Shown piece after piece: positions 1 to 9,139 of a stretch of 32,000 nucleotides of DNA. The position numbers were made by a program, and so were the translations under genes. The DNA lies in assembly GCF_001457615.1 (NCBI RefSeq), contig NZ_LN831024.1, positions 3,030,001 to 3,062,000 on the forward strand, read 5' to 3'. Each line of letters starts with the position of its first letter. Positions within the stretch are counted from its first letter, which is position 1. A model generated the notes under the pieces. The model saw nothing but the letters and a program-made list of their open reading frames with translations, ran no database searches and was not told where the DNA came from. The DNA is from Pseudomonas aeruginosa. Its GTDB lineage: Bacteria > Pseudomonadota > Gammaproteobacteria > Pseudomonadales > Pseudomonadaceae.

Positions 1-176
1 TCGATGACCTCGACCCGCGCGCCGAAGGCGCGGAAGCGCTCCACCGTGTCGTCGCTGGAGCGGCTGTCCACCACCAGGATGCTGTCCGGCTGCCGCCGTT
101 GCGCGGCCAGGGCCGGCAGCAGCCGGTCCAGGTGCGCGCCGGCGTTGCGCGTGGGAATGACCAGGGCGCAGCGCAT
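1..176 (-). CDS. pslC: Glycosyltransferase family 2, N-terminal part (PslC-like), truncated by window edge
   Basis: Reverse complement from 176 reads MRCALVIPTRNAGAHLDRLLPALAAQRRQPDSILVVDSSSDDTVERFRAFGARVEVI, a GT-A/GT2 start. Its ATG overlaps the upstream stop (TGATG). Not listed in the ORF track because it is open at the edge. Confidence 0.8.
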   Translation of the reverse strand, partial: MRCALVIPTRNAGAHLDRLLPALAAQRRQPDSILVVDSRSSDDTVERFRAFGARVEVI

Positions 177-1642
177 CAGGCTTTCTTCTCGTCGCTGGCG
201 GGGGCGCGACCGTATATGTCGTTGAAGCGGACGATGTCGTCCTCGCCGAGGTACTCGCCGCTCTGTACCTCGATCATCACCAGGTCGATGATCCCCGGGT
301 TGCTCAGGCGGTGGCTATGCCCGGCGGGGATGAAGGTGGATTCGTTGGTGTTGAGGAGAAACTCGCGCTCGCCATTCTCCACCAGCGCCATGCCGCTGAC
401 CACGATCCAGTGCTCGCTGCGATGGTGGTGCATCTGCAACGACAGCGAAGCCTTGGGGCGCACCACGATGCGCTTGATCTTGAAGCGGCGGCCTTCCTCG
501 AGCACGGTGTAGGTGCCCCAGGGCCGGCTGACCGTGCGGTGCAGGCGGAAGGCGTCGTGGCCGCGACGCTTGAGTTCCTGGGCGACGAACTTGACGTCCT
601 GGCTGCGCGCCGCGTCGGCCACCAGCAGGGCGTCGGGGGTGTCGACGATGATCAGGTCGTGCACGCCGACGGCGCCGACCAGGCGCTTCGGCGAATCGAT
701 GTAGCAGTTGCTGACGTCGTGCAGCACGCTCTCGCCGCGTACCTGGTTGCCGTTCTCGTCCGCCGCGCTGAGTTCGCGCAGCGCCTGCCAGGAGCCGATG
801 TCGCTCCAGCCGATGGAGCAGGGCACCACGGCGACCTTGTCCGAGCGCTCCATCAGCGCGTAGTCGACGGAGATGTCCGGCGCCTCGGCGAAGGCCCCGG
901 CGGCCAGCTCGCGCTGGCGGCACTGGCCGTTCTCCAGGCTGCTGCCGTCGGCCAGGGCGGCGCGGGCGGCGATCAGCACCTCCGGCGCGTGGCGCTCCAG
1001 TTCCTGCAACACGGTGGCGGCCTGGAAGCAGAACATGCCGGCGTTCCACAGGTACTTGCCGCTGTCCAGGTAGGACTGGGCGGTGGCCTGGTCGGGTTTC
1101 TCGACGAAGCGTGCGACCCGGAAGCCGTTGCCCAGCGGGGCGCCCTGTTCGATATAGCCGAAGCCGGTCTCGGCGCGCTCCGGGGTGATGCCGAAGGTCA
1201 CCAGGTAGCCTTGGGCCGCGAGTCCGCGAGCCTCGGCCACCGCCGCGGCGAAGGCCTGCTCGTCGCGGATCAGGTGGTCGGCGGGAAGGATCAGCAACTG
1301 CGCCTGGTCGCCGAAGTGCTCCTGCACATGCAGCGCGGCGGCGGCGATGGCCGGCGCGGTATTGCGTCCCATCGGCTCCAGCAGCAGGTCCTGGGCCAGG
1401 CCGCTGCGGTTGACCGCGCGGTAGTCGTCCAGGGTACGGAACAGCAGATCGCGGTTGGTCACCGTGAGCAGGCGGGCGACGTCCGGCAGCCCGGCGATAC
1501 GCAGGAAGGTCTTCTGCAACAGGCTCTGGTCATCGGCCAGGCGCATGAAGGGTTTCGGCATGCTCTCCCGGGAAACCGGCCACAGGCGGGTCCCGGAACC
1601 GCCGGAAACGATGCAGGGGATCAGCGGGGCGACGGCGTTCAT
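176..1642 (-). CDS. pslB: Bifunctional mannose-1-phosphate guanylyltransferase / mannose-6-phosphate isomerase (type II GMP-PMI)
   Basis: MNAVAPLIPCIVSGGSGTRLWPVSRESMPKPF...; nucleotidyltransferase motif GGSGTRLWPxSR, C-terminal cupin PMI domain (GRRFKIKRIVVRPKASLSLQMHHHRSEHWIVVSG). Start trimmed to ATG at 1642, overlapping the upstream stop. Confidence 0.93.
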   Translation of the reverse strand: MNAVAPLIPCIVSGGSGTRLWPVSRESMPKPFMRLADDQSLLQKTFLRIAGLPDVARLLTVTNRDLLFRTLDDYRAVNRSGLAQDLLLEPMGRNTAPAIAAAALHVQEHFGDQAQLLILPADHLIRDEQAFAAAVAEARGLAAQGYLVTFGITPERAETGFGYIEQGAPLGNGFRVARFVEKPDQATAQSYLDSGKYLWNAGMFCFQAATVLQELERHAPEVLIAARAALADGSSLENGQCRQRELAAGAFAEAPDISVDYALMERSDKVAVVPCSIGWSDIGSWQALRELSAADENGNQVRGESVLHDVSNCYIDSPKRLVGAVGVHDLIIVDTPDALLVADAARSQDVKFVAQELKRRGHDAFRLHRTVSRPWGTYTVLEEGRRFKIKRIVVRPKASLSLQMHHHRSEHWIVVSGMALVENGEREFLLNTNESTFIPAGHSHRLSNPGIIDLVMIEVQSGEYLGEDDIVRFNDIYGRAPASDEKKA

Positions 1643-3078
1643 CAGTAGACTTCCTTGGTCAGGAGTACGGCTGGCACCGTACGGAACAGGATGTAGAGGT
1701 CGAACCACACCGACCACTTGGCGATGTATTCGAGGTCGTATTCCACGCGTTTCTTGATCTTGTGCAGGGTGTCGGTCTCACCCCGGTAGCCGTTGATCTG
1801 CGCCCAGCCGGTGATGCCGGGCTTGACCCGGTGGCGCGAGCTGTATTCGCTGACCGCCTCCTCGAAGGGAATGCCGGCGGCCTTGGTCGCGGTGGCGTGG
1901 GGGCGCGGGCCGACCATCGACATGCTGCCGGCGAGCACGTTGAACAGCTGCGGCAGCTCGTCGATGCTGGTCTTGCGGATGAAGCGGCCGACCCGGGTGA
2001 TGCGGTCGTCGTCGCGGGTGGTCTGGCGTTCGGCGTTGGCGTCGGTCCTTTCCGTGTACATCGAGCGGAACTTGAAGACCCAGATCAGCCGGTTGTTGTA
2101 GCCGTAGCGTTTCTGCCGGAACAGCACAGGCCCCTTGGAGTCGAGCCTGATCGCCAGGGCCACCAGGGCCATCAGCGGGGCGAAGAGGACCAGCGCGATG
2201 CTCGCCAGGACCAGGTCCTCGCAGCGCTTGATCAGCGGCGACCAGCCGCGCAGCGGCAGCTCGGACGCGTTGAACATGGGGATCCCGGAGACATCGACGA
2301 TGCGGTTGTGGGCATGCCGGAAGGCAGCCATGTCCGGCACCAGCAGGACGTTCACCGGCAATTGCCGCAGGCGATGGACGATGGCGCCGATGCGCCCCTC
2401 GGCGAACCAGGGCAGGGCGACCAGCACCTGGTCGACCTGTTCCTGGCGGATCAGCTTCTCCAGGTCCTTGGTGTTGCCCAGCAGCGGCAGCGAGTTGTAG
2501 TTCTCCGGGACCCGCTCAGAGCGGTCGTCGATGAAGCCGATGATGCCGGAGCGGATGTCGTGGTTGCGTACCAGGTATTCGGCCAGGTGCATGCCGCTCT
2601 CGGTGAAGCCGAGGATCACCGTGCGTTGCAGGTACATGCCGCGTTTCATCCAGGCCCGGTACAGGCGCAGCACCAGCAGGCGCTGCACGCCGAACAGCAG
2701 CAGGCTGCCGGTGAACCAGAAGATCACCAGCTTGCTGCTGAGGTAGGGAAACAGGCCCAGGCCCTGGTACATGAACAACAGCAGGCAGAACGCCGAGGCC
2801 CAGGCGAAGAACATGATGCGGAAGCGCAGGCGGTTGCTGAAGATATCGTCGGAGTAGACGTCCAGTGCCTGGAACATGATCACCGTGAGCGCGCCGAAGA
2901 ACAGCAGCAGCCCGAGCATGTTGCTGCGCAGCTCCACGGGAACCAGGCCGGGGTAGTACAGCAGGAACAGCGCCGGGGCGATGGCGGTGAGCGCGTGTAC
3001 CAGTTTGGTCGCGACCAGGAAGTACTCGATGAATCCAGCCCGTGTCAGCGACAGGCTATCTACCGACTTCGAATGCAT
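1642..3078 (-). CDS. pslA: Undecaprenyl-phosphate glycosyl-1-phosphate transferase (PslA/WcaJ-like)
   Basis: N-terminal membrane helices, CoA-binding-like middle domain, C-terminal bacterial sugar transferase domain (SKGPVLFRQKRYGYNNRLIWVFKFRSMY ... TSIDELPQLFNVLAGSMSMVGPRPH ... VKPGITGWAQINGYRGET). Gene order A-B-C matches the known psl operon. Start trimmed to MHSKSVD. Confidence 0.9.
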   Translation of the reverse strand: MHSKSVDSLSLTRAGFIEYFLVATKLVHALTAIAPALFLLYYPGLVPVELRSNMLGLLLFFGALTVIMFQALDVYSDDIFSNRLRFRIMFFAWASAFCLLLFMYQGLGLFPYLSSKLVIFWFTGSLLLFGVQRLLVLRLYRAWMKRGMYLQRTVILGFTESGMHLAEYLVRNHDIRSGIIGFIDDRSERVPENYNSLPLLGNTKDLEKLIRQEQVDQVLVALPWFAEGRIGAIVHRLRQLPVNVLLVPDMAAFRHAHNRIVDVSGIPMFNASELPLRGWSPLIKRCEDLVLASIALVLFAPLMALVALAIRLDSKGPVLFRQKRYGYNNRLIWVFKFRSMYTERTDANAERQTTRDDDRITRVGRFIRKTSIDELPQLFNVLAGSMSMVGPRPHATATKAAGIPFEEAVSEYSSRHRVKPGITGWAQINGYRGETDTLHKIKKRVEYDLEYIAKWSVWFDLYILFRTVPAVLLTKEVY

Positions 3079-3142
3079 GTTGTTTGCTCTGCCGATCACG
3101 GGCAGTCCATTGAGTGGATAGGGAAGAGCAAGGCGGTGAAGC

Positions 3143-3156
3143 GTCAATTTAGTGAC
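3143..3156. promoter_or_regulatory. Candidate FleQ-type box (one mismatch)
   Basis: GTCAATTTAGTGAC versus the remembered consensus GTCAATnnATTGAC; 65 bp upstream of the pslA ATG. Confidence 0.45.
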
Positions 3157-3281
3157 TATTTTTCATTTGCCACGCGGTTTAGTCATTTTCCCGTCGAATA
3201 GGTTCATTCGTCGATAGTGGCTTTGTGATAGCTATCTTAGCATTCCCAGGGAAATATCCGTAGTCTGGGTAAGTTTTTTTA

Positions 3282-3295
3282 GTCAATTTATTGAC
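3282..3295. promoter_or_regulatory. Candidate FleQ-type box (perfect dyad)
   Basis: GTCAAT-TT-ATTGAC, perfect 6-bp inverted repeat, about 204 bp upstream of the pslA ATG. Confidence 0.6.
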
Positions 3296-3610
3296 GTATT
3301 TCTGGCGCCAAACTTTTATCCAAACAGTAGACGAGGAAATCTGACGCCGCCAATCCGCGAGCGCTCTGGCCTGAGAAGCGAAGCGGGGTGAAAGGTGAGG
3401 GCAGGCCGCTCGGTCAGGTGGCCAGCCGCCGGTTCGAAGACCCGCCTGTCCACTGGCGCTGCGGGCTGCCTGGGCAGGATGCGCCTGCGGTTCCATGACG
3501 CAGGTTGGCCGTTCGAGCGTGCCGGTCCGACCTGGGGGGCTTGGCGGACGTTGTCCGTTGCCCTCGTCGAAGGCGGAAGAGGTTCGGGCCCGCGGCGTGC
3601 GCGGACGGCT

Positions 3611-4207
3611 CTACCAGAACCAGCCGCCGCGCGACAGCTCCTGCTGGCAACTGCGGTACTGGGCGCCGAACAGCGAGGCGCGGGACTGGACCTTCTGCGA
3701 GACGTTCTTCAGCCATGGCTTGGCGTCGTAGCTGCGGTTGCGGTAGCCGCCCCAGCCCTCGTGGTAGTTCAGGTACTGGCCGTAGGCGTCCCACTTGGAG
3801 ACGCCGTTGACCCGCTGGCTCTTCTGGATGTACCAGCCCATGAAGTCCAGGGCGTCGGCGAAGTCGTCGCGGCTGGCGCCCCAGCCGCCGGCCTCGCGCT
3901 TGTAGTCGGCCCAGGTCTCGTCCTTGGCCTGGGCGTAGCCGTAGGCGGAGCTGACCCGGCCCCAGGGGATGAAACCGAGGAAGTAGTAGCGCGGCGGCAG
4001 GGCGTCATGCTTGAAGGAAGATTCCTGGTACATCATCGCCATCGGCACCTGGACCGGCGCGCCCCAGCGCTGCTGCATCTTCAGCGCCGCCTCGTGCCAT
4101 TTCGGTTTTTCGCGGAAGATCTCGCAGAGGTTGTCGGGATTGGCGGGGGGCTTGGTGGCGCAGCCGGCAAGAGCCAGGAGCAGGGCCGGCATCGAGAGCC
4201 GCAGCAT
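3611..4207 (-). CDS. Lysozyme-like / transglycosylase SLT-domain lipoprotein
   Basis: MLRLSMPALLLALAGC lipobox; catalytic-type motif MAMMYQESSFKHDA, later YGYAQAKDETWADYKREAG and YLNYHEGWGGY. Confidence 0.85.
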   Translation of the reverse strand: MLRLSMPALLLALAGCATKPPANPDNLCEIFREKPKWHEAALKMQQRWGAPVQVPMAMMYQESSFKHDALPPRYYFLGFIPWGRVSSAYGYAQAKDETWADYKREAGGWGASRDDFADALDFMGWYIQKSQRVNGVSKWDAYGQYLNYHEGWGGYRNRSYDAKPWLKNVSQKVQSRASLFGAQYRSCQQELSRGGWFW

Positions 4208-4324
4208 GAAAGGGGTCCTTTGGCAGACGTCTGGGTCGCTTAACGCTGGCGCTTTATACCCGCTTTCCGGCACTCCATGCATCCCCAGGCCGATTCCCTG
4301 CCTGCGGGGGGCGTCGGCGCTTCC

Positions 4325-5044
4325 TCAGGTCGGCCTGGGCGTCTCGGCCTGGCCGGGGGCTCCCTCCAGGCGCGGCCCCCAGTCCTCGACCTGGCCTTTT
4401 TCCAGGCGCCGCTCCAGGGTGCGCCGCCAGGATGGCGTCAGCGGCAGCGCCAGGCACTGGCGCAGCAGCTCGGCGTCGGCCCGCCTGTCGAACAGCACCT
4501 CGGACAGGCGCAACAACGACCAATCCGGATGGCGCCGTTCGACCAGTTGCAGGATATCGCCAGCCGCCACCACGCCTTCCTCCAGCACCCGGTAGTACCA
4601 GCCGGTGCGCCCGGACTCCTGCACCCTCAGGGACATCCCGGCGACCTCGAAGCGGTCGTTGAGCTTCCAGCAGGGCATGCGCCCCTGGGACACTTCCAGC
4701 AGCGCGGTCCCGGCCCGCACGCGGTCGCCGAGGCAGACGTCGGCTTCGCTCCAGCCGCTGGTGCTGAAGTTCTCGCCGAAGGCGCCCGCCTGCATCAGCA
4801 GGGGGTGTTCGCCCAGTTCGGCGATCCAGGCGGCGTAGTGTTCGCGTGGGTAATGGTGGATCGCTTTCTCGACGCCGCCATGGACGCGCAGGTCGCCCTG
4901 TTCGTCGCCTTCCAGGCCGACGGGGGTGACCCTGAGCGCACCGTCGCGCGGAGACTTGGCGATGCCGCTGCGCGAGCCGGGGCGGGTGAAGGGCCGGGCG
5001 CGGCCGGTGAGAAGGGCATCCAGGGGTAGGGCAGGCAGGGGCAT
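4325..5044 (-). CDS. MOSC domain-containing protein (YiiM-like)
   Basis: GLEGDEQGDLRVHGGVEKAIHHYPREHYAAW, GAFGENFSTSGWSEADVCLGDRVRAG, EVSQGRMPCWKL: characteristic MOSC core. Confidence 0.9.
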   Translation of the reverse strand: MPLPALPLDALLTGRARPFTRPGSRSGIAKSPRDGALRVTPVGLEGDEQGDLRVHGGVEKAIHHYPREHYAAWIAELGEHPLLMQAGAFGENFSTSGWSEADVCLGDRVRAGTALLEVSQGRMPCWKLNDRFEVAGMSLRVQESGRTGWYYRVLEEGVVAAGDILQLVERRHPDWSLLRLSEVLFDRRADAELLRQCLALPLTPSWRRTLERRLEKGQVEDWGPRLEGAPGQAETPRPT

Positions 5045-5221
5045 GGGAGGGTTCTCTAAGATGCAAGATGGTATCGACTAAATACAATATAGAGTCCGCC
5101 AAGCCTTCGCCCGCTGTCAAGCCGCCAGACCCTCCGGATGCGTCGATAGCCTCGGCGAGCCGGGGGCATCCAGGCCCCCTAGTTGAGCTGCCGTGGGGTC
5201 CCGACAGGAAACCGCAAAGGC

Positions 5222-5248
5222 GCCGGACGTCGCGATACGACGTCCGGC
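5222..5248 (-). terminator. Perfect 11-bp hairpin just downstream of the SDR gene (possible terminator)
   Basis: GCCGGACGTCG-CGATA-CGACGTCCGGC. Located 12 bp past the end of the minus-strand SDR ORF; only a weak T-run follows on the minus strand. Confidence 0.4.
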
Positions 5249-5259
5249 ATCGGCGGCCC

Positions 5260-6000
5260 TCAGCGCAGCCCGTAGCCCTTGTCGACGATCAACTCCTGGC
5301 CGTAGAGCCCGGCGGATTTCGACGACAGCAGGAACATCACCACGTCGACGATTTCCCCGGGGCTGAGGAAGCTGCCGTCGACCAGGCGCTGGTTGATGCT
5401 CCGGGTGACAGACTCCGCCTGGGCATCGCTCAGGCCCAGCGACGCCCATATCGGGGTGGCGGTAGGGCCGGGGGAGACGAGGTTGATCCGCACGCCTTTT
5501 TCTGCCCATTCCACCGCCAGCGTCCTGGCCTGGGCGATCAGGGCCGCCTTGGAAGCGATGTAGGCGGCGAGCCCGGGGAAGGTCACTTGGCTGAGGAAGG
5601 TACCGATGAAGACTACGCTGGCCGGTTTGCTCGTTTGCCGGCTGAGCACGGAAAAGGTGTTCAGCGCCCCGGCGCCGTTGACCCGCCACTGCTGCTCGAA
5701 CGCCAGGCTGTCCAGGCCGTCGGCGAGCTGGGCGATGCCGGCGTTGGGTACCAGGTAATCGACGGGGCCGATGGACGCGGCACGCGAAGCCAGGGCGTCC
5801 AGGTCCCGTTCGCGGGTGACGTCGCCCGCCAGCCAGTGCAGACGCTTGCCGGAGTGGGCGTGCAGGCTTTCCGGCGGTCCTTCGCGCCTTGCCATCGCCA
5901 GGACAGTCGCGCCGTGCCCGAGCAACGTTTCGGTCAGTTTCAGGCCGATGCCGGAACTCGCGCCGGTGACGACGGCGAACCGGTCGTTGAATTCACTCAT
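5260..6000 (-). CDS. SDR family NAD(P)-dependent oxidoreductase
   Basis: VTGASSGIG Rossmann motif, NAGIA, YIASKAAL active site (YxxxK). Confidence 0.92.
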   Translation of the reverse strand: MSEFNDRFAVVTGASSGIGLKLTETLLGHGATVLAMARREGPPESLHAHSGKRLHWLAGDVTRERDLDALASRAASIGPVDYLVPNAGIAQLADGLDSLAFEQQWRVNGAGALNTFSVLSRQTSKPASVVFIGTFLSQVTFPGLAAYIASKAALIAQARTLAVEWAEKGVRINLVSPGPTATPIWASLGLSDAQAESVTRSINQRLVDGSFLSPGEIVDVVMFLLSSKSAGLYGQELIVDKGYGLR

Positions 6001-6049
6001 GGGAATCCCTCGTGGGGTGATGGAGATACGGGTCTTCGATAGGGATGGA

Positions 6050-6412
6050 TCAACGCGAGAGCGACGGGGCAGGGATGAGGCGGATGCCCTGTACCTGCAC
6101 CTGGTCGCCGGCGTCGAACCGGGCGTTGGGAGAGCGGAAGCGTTCGGTCGTGCCGTCCTCGTAGCGAACGGTGTAGGCGTTTTCGCTCAGACCGGTTGCC
6201 TGCTGGACGGAGGCGCCTCCCAGGGCTCCCAGCGCGGCCCCGGCGATAGCGCCCAGGGGACCGCCGAGGGCCGCGCCGACCATGACGCCAACCACGCCGC
6301 CGGCGCCGTAGCCGACCGTTCGGTCCCTATCTGCGGAAATCACTTCGGCGGAGTGGGCGAGGGGAGTCGTGGTTGCCAGGGCCAGTGCGATGAGGGGGAG
6401 CATGTGTTTCAT
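6050..6412 (-). CDS. Small exported glycine-zipper protein (SlyB/RcnB-like architecture)
   Basis: Signal peptide MKHMLPLIALALATTTPLAHSA followed by a Gly-rich zipper GAGGVVGVMVGAALGGPLGAIAGAALGALGG. Start trimmed to 6412. Confidence 0.7.
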   Translation of the reverse strand: MKHMLPLIALALATTTPLAHSAEVISADRDRTVGYGAGGVVGVMVGAALGGPLGAIAGAALGALGGASVQQATGLSENAYTVRYEDGTTERFRSPNARFDAGDQVQVQGIRLIPAPSLSR

Positions 6413-6473
6413 GGGAAATCCTGAATGGGAAGGAGTCGCCATTGGCTTTCCATTTCCCATGCCAGGTTTTTTA

Positions 6474-6487
6474 TTGATGTAGATCAA
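6474..6487. promoter_or_regulatory. Perfect Anr/FNR-type box
   Basis: TTGAT-GTAG-ATCAA, exact match to TTGATnnnnATCAA, 62 bp upstream of the glycine-zipper gene start. Confidence 0.6.
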
Positions 6488-6761
6488 TGATTTGAAGGTC
6501 TATGAGTCATATTGACATGATCTTTTTGCGGTCGTAATGACCCGCATGTAGTCGGTTTGACTCTGCGCCGATGACAGTTTCGGGCGCTTCGGAACGGCCT
6601 CGTCGATGACGCTCAACGATCGGGGCGAGCGGGGCATTCGACCGTTTGAGCAGGCCCGCACGATCGGGCAAGGACTCCCGAGGAATAGGCAATGACGAGG
6701 AGGGGAGGATGCCCAATAGTGACCGCGAACGAATGTCGGCGGCTGCGCTACGGTTGTCGAA

Positions 6762-7856
6762 ATGCCAGACAGGAATAATGACGCTTTGAAACTTCCCTCG
6801 ATACGGCGAGCCGCCATCGGCGGACATCACGATTCCCCGCAATTGCGCCAGGGGCGTTTCCACAATCTCAGCCCCAGGCCGGCGGACATGCCGGCACCCG
6901 GTGCCCGGGTGCTCTGGAACGCGCTTTTCAACAAGCCGAGAAGCACCGTCCCGCGGCAGCCTTTACCCGTGCTCAGCCCGAGTCGTGCCGAGCTCGATGC
7001 GACCGTCGATGGCAGTCTGTTCCGCCTGGGTCATTCGACCTTGCTGCTGAAACTGGCCGGTAGCTGGTGGTTGACCGACCCGGTATTTTCCGAGCGCGCC
7101 TCGCCGTTGCCGTTCGCCGGGCCGAAGCGTTTCCATGCGCCGCCGGTGGCATTGGCGGATCTCCCGCCGATCCGTGGGGTAATTCTTTCCCACGATCACT
7201 ACGACCACCTGGACCGCGCCGCGATCAAGGCCCTGGTCCCGCTCGTCGAACTGTTCCTGGCGCCGCTCGGCGTAGGCGACCGCCTGCTGGCCTGGGGCGT
7301 ACCGCCAGGCAAGGTGCGCCAACTGGACTGGTGGCAAGGTATCGAGGCTGGCGGTTTGCGCCTGACTGCCACGCCGGCACAGCACTTCTCAGGCCGTGGG
7401 CTACATGATGGGAACCGTACGCTGTGGTGTTCCTGGGTGATCGAAAGCGCCGAACTGAAGCTGTTCTTCAGCGGAGACAGCGGTTACTTCGATGGTTTCG
7501 CCGAGATTGGCCGCCGCTACGGACCGTTCGATCTGACCATGCTGGAAACCGGCGCCTACAACGAACATTGGCCGTACGTGCACATGCACCCGCAGCAGAC
7601 CCTCCAGGCTCACCGGGATCTTGGCGGGCGCTGGCTGCTGCCGATCCACAACGGCACCTTCGACCTGGCCATGCATGCCTGGTACGAGCCGTTCGAACGG
7701 ATACTCGAACTGGCCACCGAACACGGCGTGCGGGTTTCCACGCCGATGATGGGCGAGCGGATCGACCTGCAAGCACCGCATGCCGGCCGACGCTGGTGGC
7801 GCGAAGTGGTCGACAGCGAAACGCAGGTGCAGGGTTACGGCTGTTGCAGAAGCTAG
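6762..7856 (+). CDS. MBL-fold metal-dependent hydrolase (UlaG/NAPE-PLD-like)
   Basis: LSHDHYDHLD (HxHxDH), FFSGDSGYFDGFAEIG, TGAYNEHWPYVHMHP, LLPIHNGTFDLAMH metal ligands. Confidence 0.9.
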   Translation: MPDRNNDALKLPSIRRAAIGGHHDSPQLRQGRFHNLSPRPADMPAPGARVLWNALFNKPRSTVPRQPLPVLSPSRAELDATVDGSLFRLGHSTLLLKLAGSWWLTDPVFSERASPLPFAGPKRFHAPPVALADLPPIRGVILSHDHYDHLDRAAIKALVPLVELFLAPLGVGDRLLAWGVPPGKVRQLDWWQGIEAGGLRLTATPAQHFSGRGLHDGNRTLWCSWVIESAELKLFFSGDSGYFDGFAEIGRRYGPFDLTMLETGAYNEHWPYVHMHPQQTLQAHRDLGGRWLLPIHNGTFDLAMHAWYEPFERILELATEHGVRVSTPMMGERIDLQAPHAGRRWWREVVDSETQVQGYGCCRS

Positions 7857-7955
7857 GTCGGCGAGCGATCGCACGAGGGCTCCAGACGGAAGCCGCCATG
7901 GAGTCGCTTCGAAATGCGTGATGCCTGCCCTAGGTCCTGTGAACCTGTAGATTCG

Positions 7956-7971
7956 CATAATGTATATTATG
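7956..7971. repeat. Short inverted repeat in AT-rich intergenic DNA
   Basis: CATAAT-GTAT-ATTATG. Confidence 0.35.
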
Positions 7972-8457
7972 TTAAATTGTGTAAATCGTTTATTAGACCC
8001 TTGCTCTTTTGCGCTCCGTTCCCGCTTCCATGCTTGGTTTGAAGCCTTCAGTCGAGTCCCACACCTCGACGGCTTGCTGCCCAGGTTAAATCCCGGACAG
8101 ATTTGGCAGCACCCGCACAAGACCTCTGCTACCTCCTTCGCACGGAGCCGATTGCAACAATGCGGTATCGCCCGACACGGACCCGACATGAGCAAATGCC
8201 CGTCTGCACGCTGAATATCGCGCAGCCATGAAGCTGCATCTGTACCGCGGCTCATTGGCCCCATGGCTGATTTTTTCACCCTGTGCCACGTACTCGCAGC
8301 CTGCCGGCTGCTCTGGCACTCCGTCTGGACAATGGATTGGCAATCAACAGTCGAATGGATACATCGACGTTGAATGCATTGGGACGACGTCCGCTGTCTT
8401 GGGTCGAAACCGGAACATGACATGAAGATGAAATTGTAGGTATGTTCCATTGACGAT

Positions 8458-8484
8458 GACGGCGCTGCTGCGGCAAGCGCCGTC
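8458..8484. repeat. Hairpin-forming inverted repeat
   Basis: GACGGCGCT-GCTGCGGCA-AGCGCCGTC, perfect 9-bp arms. Confidence 0.4.
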
Positions 8485-8574
8485 CTGCATTGAATATTAA
8501 AAAAGTGCTCTGGCGGGACTCATCTTTCTATTTGAAGATGAAACCAGCAGGCAACCATAGCAGAAGGACGACGG

Positions 8575-9117
8575 ATGTCACCTAGCCCCTCCCCCGACGA
8601 GCGTCGGCTTGTATTCGAAGCGCGCCGACTGACCATTGAAGCACTGGTGAAAATCTATCTTGAGCAGGTTTCTTCCTCAAGGAACCTGGTGACGGTCTAC
8701 CTTCGCCTCATGTTCACGTTGTCACTCGGTGCCCTCGCCGGCGTGATAACTCTATATGGGACCATGCTTCGCTTTGGCACTTCGGCCAGTATCAGCATGA
8801 TCACTCCCCTGGAGGTGGTTCTTGCTATCGCAGCGCTTGCGGCCCTGGTCACTTCGGCTCTGCTTTCCGCGCGTGCGCTCCAGAAAAGTGCATTCGATGT
8901 CGCTCCGCTCTTGCATAACCCATTTCCAAGCGCGGACTCGGTGATCGATTCAATATTCGATGCAGACGATATCGATGAGCGGCAAATACTCAGAAAGCTT
9001 TATTTCGCCCTGGACAAGACTGTCGAGCATCAGCCTCCTCTCAGGCTCAGCACTCGTCTGATCACCCTCTTCCTTATTGGCGGTCTTTTCCTGACCGGGG
9101 CATCCTTTTTACTGTGA
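8575..9117 (+). CDS. Hypothetical membrane protein (two central TM segments plus a C-terminal TM)
   Basis: Hydrophobic runs LMFTLSLGALAGVITLYGTML, VVLAIAALAALVTSALLSA and LITLFLIGGLFLTGASFLL; AAGGA-type ribosome site upstream. Confidence 0.65.
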   Translation: MSPSPSPDERRLVFEARRLTIEALVKIYLEQVSSSRNLVTVYLRLMFTLSLGALAGVITLYGTMLRFGTSASISMITPLEVVLAIAALAALVTSALLSARALQKSAFDVAPLLHNPFPSADSVIDSIFDADDIDERQILRKLYFALDKTVEHQPPLRLSTRLITLFLIGGLFLTGASFLL

Positions 9118-9139
9118 AGAGCGCGTTCGGTCTTTATGG

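Noticed and set aside
1762-3201. 479-aa plus-strand ORF opposite pslA (also 311..1648 opposite pslB)
   Set aside because: Compositionally biased antisense shadow of genes with clear domains.
8228-8425. 65-aa plus-strand ORF in the intergenic gap
   Set aside because: Short, no motif, no convincing ribosome-binding site; cannot be supported as a gene without homologs or expression data.
7401-8450. 349-aa minus-strand ORF spanning the MBL gene and the AT-rich gap
   Set aside because: The part under the MBL gene is an antisense shadow and the rest has no domain or good start context.
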